From contig JBHLRS010000049.1 in the NCBI GenBank assembly GCA_048882325.1, positions 1 through 19,927 on the forward strand: DNA of 19,927 nucleotides, read 5' to 3'. Below, in pieces: positions 15,535 through 19,927 of this stretch (position 1 is its first letter; every line of letters starts with the position of its first letter). Under the pieces are notes generated by a model. The model searched no databases. It had not been told where the DNA came from and saw only the letters and a list, made by a program, of their open reading frames with translations. This stretch comes from Candidatus Thorarchaeota archaeon (GTDB taxonomy: Archaea; Asgardarchaeota; Thorarchaeia; Thorarchaeales; Thorarchaeaceae). Made by a program: the position numbers and the translations under genes.

Positions 15535-15890
15535 TTTAAGTCAAAGAATGTTGATTCACGCTATTATTAAGTGTTATTTAATTAATAATTGTTAATCCAA
15601 GATTTTGTGGGAGGTACATATAAACAGAATAATGCAAAGTCATATTCTATCCTATTTTTAGCAATTTGCTCGTAATAATTCATCACTTTGAAGCTGGTCA
15701 CGGACTGGTTTCTACGACCCTATAGAAGACGCATTCTTAAAGTAATCATCAAATCTCTTAAAGACTGCAATAAATTCTCATTATTTTTCTTTTCAACAAT
15801 TATTCTAGGTCTTTACTCATATGTAAGGATTTTTTGCGCTAGATTATTAAGACTTGGAAAGTTCAACAGCAACTCGATGGACCATTCTAC

Positions 15891-17036
15891 ATGAGCAATC
15901 AACTTGATTACACCTTTGGAGAATCAGAAATGTCCTATGACAAATGTGTCCGCTGCGGATCCTGCCTGATGTTCTGTCCTATGTTTGATGCAACTGGGGA
16001 GGAACAGTACTCACCACGGGGAAAGACCTACCTTTTACAGGTCATGGACGAAATCGATGATGACAAAGAACTGGCAAAGGAGTTCAGACAGCTTTTGTTC
16101 GAATGTACACTCTGCGGTCGCTGCGAAGAAAAGTGTGCCTCTGGAGTAGATTTGCTCAAAATCTGGCATGAACAGAGAGCCAAAGCAATTGAAAATGCAC
16201 CGGAGGAGTTTACATACCTTGAGCCATTAAAGAATGCATTAGCTAATGTGAAGAACATCTACGGTCTTGCAGCTGAGGATAGAGCAATCTATTGGCTAGA
16301 TGAACTGGAGGATGAGTTTCCAGGACTGGAGGAACGGGTTTATGAGAGACGCAAAACTGCAGAAGTCATGGTGTTTCTAGGTTGCCTTATGTCGTTCCGG
16401 GGAAGTCAGATTGGCGTGCTCAGGTCACTCTTCCAGACTCTAGAGGAACTAGATGTCGACTATCTAGTAATGGGTTCAGAGGAGTTCTGTTGTGGACACC
16501 CCCTCTATCTAATGGGAGATGATGAGGGAGCTGAGAAACTGAGGCAACACAACAAAGGAGTCATAGAAGCAGCGAAAACAAAGAATGTGATTACATGTTG
16601 CCCAGGCTGTCTCATTCAGTTGAGAGAACACCACAATCTTGACAATGTTGAGGCACTCCATCACACTCAGTTCTTTGACCGAAAACTAAAGACAATTCCG
16701 AAGTACAATCAGACAGAGGAGTTCTCCTATCACGACCCCTGTGAACTTCATAGAATTCTCGAAATAAAGACCGAACCCAGATCAGTCATAAACAAGATGG
16801 GAATCGAGTTCAGAGAGATGGACCTTAGTTGCTGCGGAGGTGGTGGTCTGCTTAGAATGACTGACTCAAACCTCAGTGACAAGATTATTCAACTCAAGGC
16901 GGCGCGAGAGAGTGTGAAGGACACCACAGTTATCACAGCCTGTCCCTCTTGCAGAGAGCAATTACTTGGTCAAGATTTGAATACCAAGGACATAATGGAA
17001 TTGATGTCTGAAGCGCTTGAGAGTGATGGTAAATAA
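15891..17036 (+). CDS. (Fe-S)-binding oxidoreductase subunit with 2x[4Fe-4S] and two CCG domains (GlcF/GlpC/HdrD family)
   Basis: Motifs CVRCGSCLMFCP, SPRGK, CTLCGRCEEKC, FLGC, EFCCGHP, TCCPGC, YHDPC, CCGGGG and TACPSC. Confidence 0.92.
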   Translation: MSNQLDYTFGESEMSYDKCVRCGSCLMFCPMFDATGEEQYSPRGKTYLLQVMDEIDDDKELAKEFRQLLFECTLCGRCEEKCASGVDLLKIWHEQRAKAIENAPEEFTYLEPLKNALANVKNIYGLAAEDRAIYWLDELEDEFPGLEERVYERRKTAEVMVFLGCLMSFRGSQIGVLRSLFQTLEELDVDYLVMGSEEFCCGHPLYLMGDDEGAEKLRQHNKGVIEAAKTKNVITCCPGCLIQLREHHNLDNVEALHHTQFFDRKLKTIPKYNQTEEFSYHDPCELHRILEIKTEPRSVINKMGIEFREMDLSCCGGGGLLRMTDSNLSDKIIQLKAARESVKDTTVITACPSCREQLLGQDLNTKDIMELMSEALESDGK

Positions 17037-18373
17037 TGAGAATAAAAGATGTTGCCATTGGCGCAAATGCAAGCATGTACTACAAGCTCGACTTCAGAAA
17101 AATCAAGGGAGTCTACTACCCCAGAAATACGCAGGAAGTCATCGCAGCAGTCAAGCATGCTAAAGACAATGGTTTCACCGTGACTCCGAAGGGTGGCGGA
17201 TCAGGACTCAGTGGAGCGTGCACTGGAGGAAAGGATGAGAGAGTCATGATTAGCAGCCTCCAGATGAAAGAGATTCTAACAATATCTAAGGATCAGGGGT
17301 ACATTGATGTCCAACCAGGTATCAATCCAAACCAGATTAACGCAATTCTAGATCCAATGGGTGTGCACTTCTATGTAGCCCCGAGCAGCAGAGATATCGC
17401 TACTGTTGGTGGGATTCTCAGCACTGACGGCGGTGGAAACGACACCTGGGTCAATGGTACAATGAGAGACAATACCATCCATGTAAAGATGGTCCTCTAT
17501 GATGGTCGTCTGTTGACAGTTGACAAGAAGGGAGTCAAGAGTAATGATGCAGACCTCGAGGAGAGGCTCAACAAGATTGGTGTCACGCTTCATGACGTGG
17601 CAAGCTCGCATGGAACACTTGGATTCATTACAGAGATGCGACTCCTCATTAAACCTACAGTGAATGAAGCTCTCATTGGTGGTGTCACTGAATTCCCAGA
17701 ATGTAATGCACTTGGGAAAGCTCTAACTGAAATGATAAAGAAAGGCAGTCCCATCAGATATGGAGAAGTAATCTCTTTTGTACATGAGGATATTCGCGAG
17801 GACTTGAAACCACCATTACAAATCGTTGAGTTTCCTGCAGAATATAAATCAGACATCAGCGAGATTATTGAATTAAAAGCACTTGATTATGAGCAGTTAG
17901 CCCGAATGAAGGAATTCAGAATCAATATGGCAAAACGAAATCCGAAAAAAGGACAACAAGTATCACTTTTTGAGGGATATGGTTTCCATGGAAATAATCT
18001 TTTGAAGCTACAAGATAGTATTAATGAAATAGATGAGTTACTTGCTTCTCAAGGCATGACTCCTTTTGCAAAATACGGACATGGACCTAGCAAATGGTAC
18101 AGGGGTGACAACACTGCAACCTTTGGGCTTATTCTTCATTCGAACGAGATATACCCTGAAAATAAGACTAGAAGCGAATTACTAAAAATAGTACTCAAAA
18201 TTGTGGACAAGTGTGATGAGTTGGGACTCACTCCAAAACCCGAACACAAATGGCCATTTTCGGATGAGGTTAAAAAGAAGCGACTTGATAAAATCAGACA
18301 AGTCATTGGAGAAGGTTTCAATCCGTTCATCCTTTCACCAGAGTGCAATAATGTTTTGAGTTCCATGATTTAG
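17036..18373 (+). CDS. FAD-binding oxidoreductase (PCMH/FAD_binding_4; GlcD/D-lactate dehydrogenase-like)
   Basis: Motifs P...QEV, PKGGGSGLSGA, ATVGGILSTDGGG and SHGTLGFITE, with C-terminal GH...ILH...PEH. TAATG 1-bp overlap with the Fe-S gene. Confidence 0.88.
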   Translation: MRIKDVAIGANASMYYKLDFRKIKGVYYPRNTQEVIAAVKHAKDNGFTVTPKGGGSGLSGACTGGKDERVMISSLQMKEILTISKDQGYIDVQPGINPNQINAILDPMGVHFYVAPSSRDIATVGGILSTDGGGNDTWVNGTMRDNTIHVKMVLYDGRLLTVDKKGVKSNDADLEERLNKIGVTLHDVASSHGTLGFITEMRLLIKPTVNEALIGGVTEFPECNALGKALTEMIKKGSPIRYGEVISFVHEDIREDLKPPLQIVEFPAEYKSDISEIIELKALDYEQLARMKEFRINMAKRNPKKGQQVSLFEGYGFHGNNLLKLQDSINEIDELLASQGMTPFAKYGHGPSKWYRGDNTATFGLILHSNEIYPENKTRSELLKIVLKIVDKCDELGLTPKPEHKWPFSDEVKKKRLDKIRQVIGEGFNPFILSPECNNVLSSMI

Positions 18374-18579
18374 GAAAAGGATCTGTAGATAGATAGCCTT
18401 CAGTGACATTTCGCCCATATTGGAGGATTTGTCTTCTGTGGTTCACAACATATAATCTACAAGATTAGGAGAACTTTCGTATTGAGTAATAGATAGCATC
18501 CAGAAAGCAAGATACTTATACAACAGCAATTGACCTTCGCATAATCAACATCTTGGAGAGCCCAGTAATATTGACGAAA

Positions 18580-19752
18580 ATGGTAGTTGAAGGATTAACT
18601 GGAAATGACGCTATTGCTTATGCGTTTAAACAAGCAGACCTAGACGTTATGGCTGCTTATCCCATAACGCCACAGACTTTGATTGTTGAGCAGTATCAGA
18701 AATTTGTGGCAAATGGAGAAATCAAGGCACGTGTCATTCCAGTAGAATCGGAACACTCAGCTATGAGTGCATGTGTTGGAGCTTCTGCTGTGGGCGCCAG
18801 AGTCGCAACTGCTTCAGCTTCAGCTGGACTGGCTCTCATGTGGGAAATACTATACTGTGCAGCATCGATGAGGATGCCAATCGTATTTGCAGTGGCAAAC
18901 CGGGCGTTATCCGGGCCAATTAACATCCACAATGACCATTCAGACGGAATGGGAATGCGCGACAGTGGATTCATCCAACTATATTGTCAAAGTTCCCAGG
19001 AAGCATATGATACAACCATCATGGCATTCAAACTTGCAGAGCGCCACGATGTGTTACTCCCAGTGATGGTCGGTATTGATGGATTTATCGTTAGTCACAA
19101 CGTCGAACGAGTAGAGATGCTCCCTGATGATGTTGTTCAGAAGTTCCTTGGAGTGCGTGAGCCATTTATAGTACTAGACCCTGACAACCCCATCACCATG
19201 GGTCCACTTACACTCACAGACTACTACTTTGAGTTCAAGGAGCAACAAGAGGAAGCGATTATGGGTGTGCCCAAGGCATACAAGGAGATTGAGGCAGAGT
19301 TCTCAAAACTCACAGGTCGTAAATACGGTCTCTTTGAAACCTACAAGACAAACGATGTAGACATCATCATCGTAGCAATGAGTTCCATGGGAGGAACAGC
19401 TAAGGTTGTTGCGGATGCAATGCGTGAGAAGGGTGACAAAGTTGGTGTCGTTCGACTCAAGATGTTTAGACCGTTCCCTGCAAAGGAGATTGCTAAGGTC
19501 CTTGGAAAAGCAAAAGCAGTAGCAGTCTTCGAGAAGGCAATGTCCTTCGGAGCAGCAACACATCCACTCGCTCTAGAGGTCAGAACTGCCCTCTATGATG
19601 CCAAGGAAAGACCCATGGTGGTCGACTTTGTGGTTGGACTGGGTGGTCGTGACGTTCCCCCTACAACATTCGTTGAAGGAATCGAGAAGACTAAGGAATA
19701 CCTCAAGAAGGGTGAAGCTCCGATGTACGAAACATTGGGGGTGCGCAAGTAA
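18580..19752 (+). CDS. porA: Pyruvate/2-oxoacid:ferredoxin oxidoreductase, alpha subunit
   Basis: Motifs GNDAIAYA, AAYPITPQT, VESEHSAMSAC, ANRALSGPINIHNDHSD, DGFIVSH, FRPFP and GLGGRD. Start at ATG 18580 (TTG 18571 or 18553 are alternatives). Confidence 0.96.
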   Translation: MVVEGLTGNDAIAYAFKQADLDVMAAYPITPQTLIVEQYQKFVANGEIKARVIPVESEHSAMSACVGASAVGARVATASASAGLALMWEILYCAASMRMPIVFAVANRALSGPINIHNDHSDGMGMRDSGFIQLYCQSSQEAYDTTIMAFKLAERHDVLLPVMVGIDGFIVSHNVERVEMLPDDVVQKFLGVREPFIVLDPDNPITMGPLTLTDYYFEFKEQQEEAIMGVPKAYKEIEAEFSKLTGRKYGLFETYKTNDVDIIIVAMSSMGGTAKVVADAMREKGDKVGVVRLKMFRPFPAKEIAKVLGKAKAVAVFEKAMSFGAATHPLALEVRTALYDAKERPMVVDFVVGLGGRDVPPTTFVEGIEKTKEYLKKGEAPMYETLGVRK

Positions 19753-19927
19753 TGAGTGATAAACCGGCAGTCTCAATCAAGGACATGCTCAAGCGCGAGC
19801 CAATTATCAGCTCAGGGCACAGAATGTGTGCAGGTTGCGCTGCGCCGCCAGTGATCAAGCTAATGGGGATGGCGCTTCGCGGTCCCACCATCATCTGTAA
19901 CAACACTGGATGTCTTGAGGTAGCTAC
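19752..19927 (+). CDS. porB: Pyruvate/2-oxoacid:ferredoxin oxidoreductase, beta subunit (5' part, runs off the window)
   Basis: Not in the ORF track. The ATG overlaps the porA stop (TAATG). Translates MSDKPAVSIKDMLKREPIISSGHRMCAGCAAPPVIKLMGMALRGPTIICNNTGCLEV, with the GHxxCAGC and TGCLEV motifs of PorB. Confidence 0.93.
   Translation, partial: MSDKPAVSIKDMLKREPIISSGHRMCAGCAAPPVIKLMGMALRGPTIICNNTGCLEVA

Noticed and set aside
15688-15894. 68-aa ORF upstream of the Fe-S gene
   Set aside because: TTG start, low-complexity AT-rich sequence in a divergent promoter region, and no homology cues.
4789-18579. Calling the inserted block a mobile element or prophage
   Set aside because: No integrase, transposase, tRNA target, terminal inverted repeats or convincing exact direct repeats are present.
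627-19906. Numerous short alternative-frame or antisense ORFs in the track (e.g. 627-941, 1779-2090, 3185-3984 set, 4117-4476, 9426-9899, 14626-15210, 17348-18366 set, 18696-19906 set)
   Set aside because: They overlap well-supported genes and show no recognisable motifs, so they are treated as shadow ORFs.
1-19927. CRISPR array, tRNA or rRNA genes
   Set aside because: No regularly spaced repeats, cloverleaf/T-loop signatures or rRNA-like segments were seen in the intergenic regions.

Overview
Gene-dense prokaryotic window, most likely archaeal and plausibly Asgard/Thorarchaeia-like. This is an inference from an Alba-like gene, a four-subunit gamma/delta/alpha/beta 2-oxoacid:ferredoxin oxidoreductase, a Thermococcales-type alanine aminotransferase, GGTGA-type RBSs and a membrane-anchored beta-helix surface protein. 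The left part holds an Alba-like protein, a Zn-motif membrane protein, a NosD-like beta-helix protein and a complete type III polyketide synthase, followed by porC-porD. The usual porC-D-A-B order is then interrupted by about 13.8 kb of catabolic genes before porA-porB resume at the right edge. That block encodes a secreted/anchored hypothetical protein, two MoaD/ThiS ubiquitin-like proteins (one with a masked Gly-Gly), and a tungsten-type aldehyde:ferredoxin oxidoreductase preceded by a ModE-box-like palindrome. It also encodes a three-gene operon (APC permease, secreted class I glutamine-amidotransferase-fold hydrolase, small membrane protein), an alanine aminotransferase, an atypical class III PLP aminotransferase, and a coupled GlcF-like Fe-S/CCG plus GlcD-like FAD oxidoreductase pair. 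Together these read as a candidate amine/amino-alcohol scavenging pathway feeding POR. I saw no tRNA, rRNA, CRISPR array, integrase or transposase. All family calls come from motif recognition; no database searches were run.
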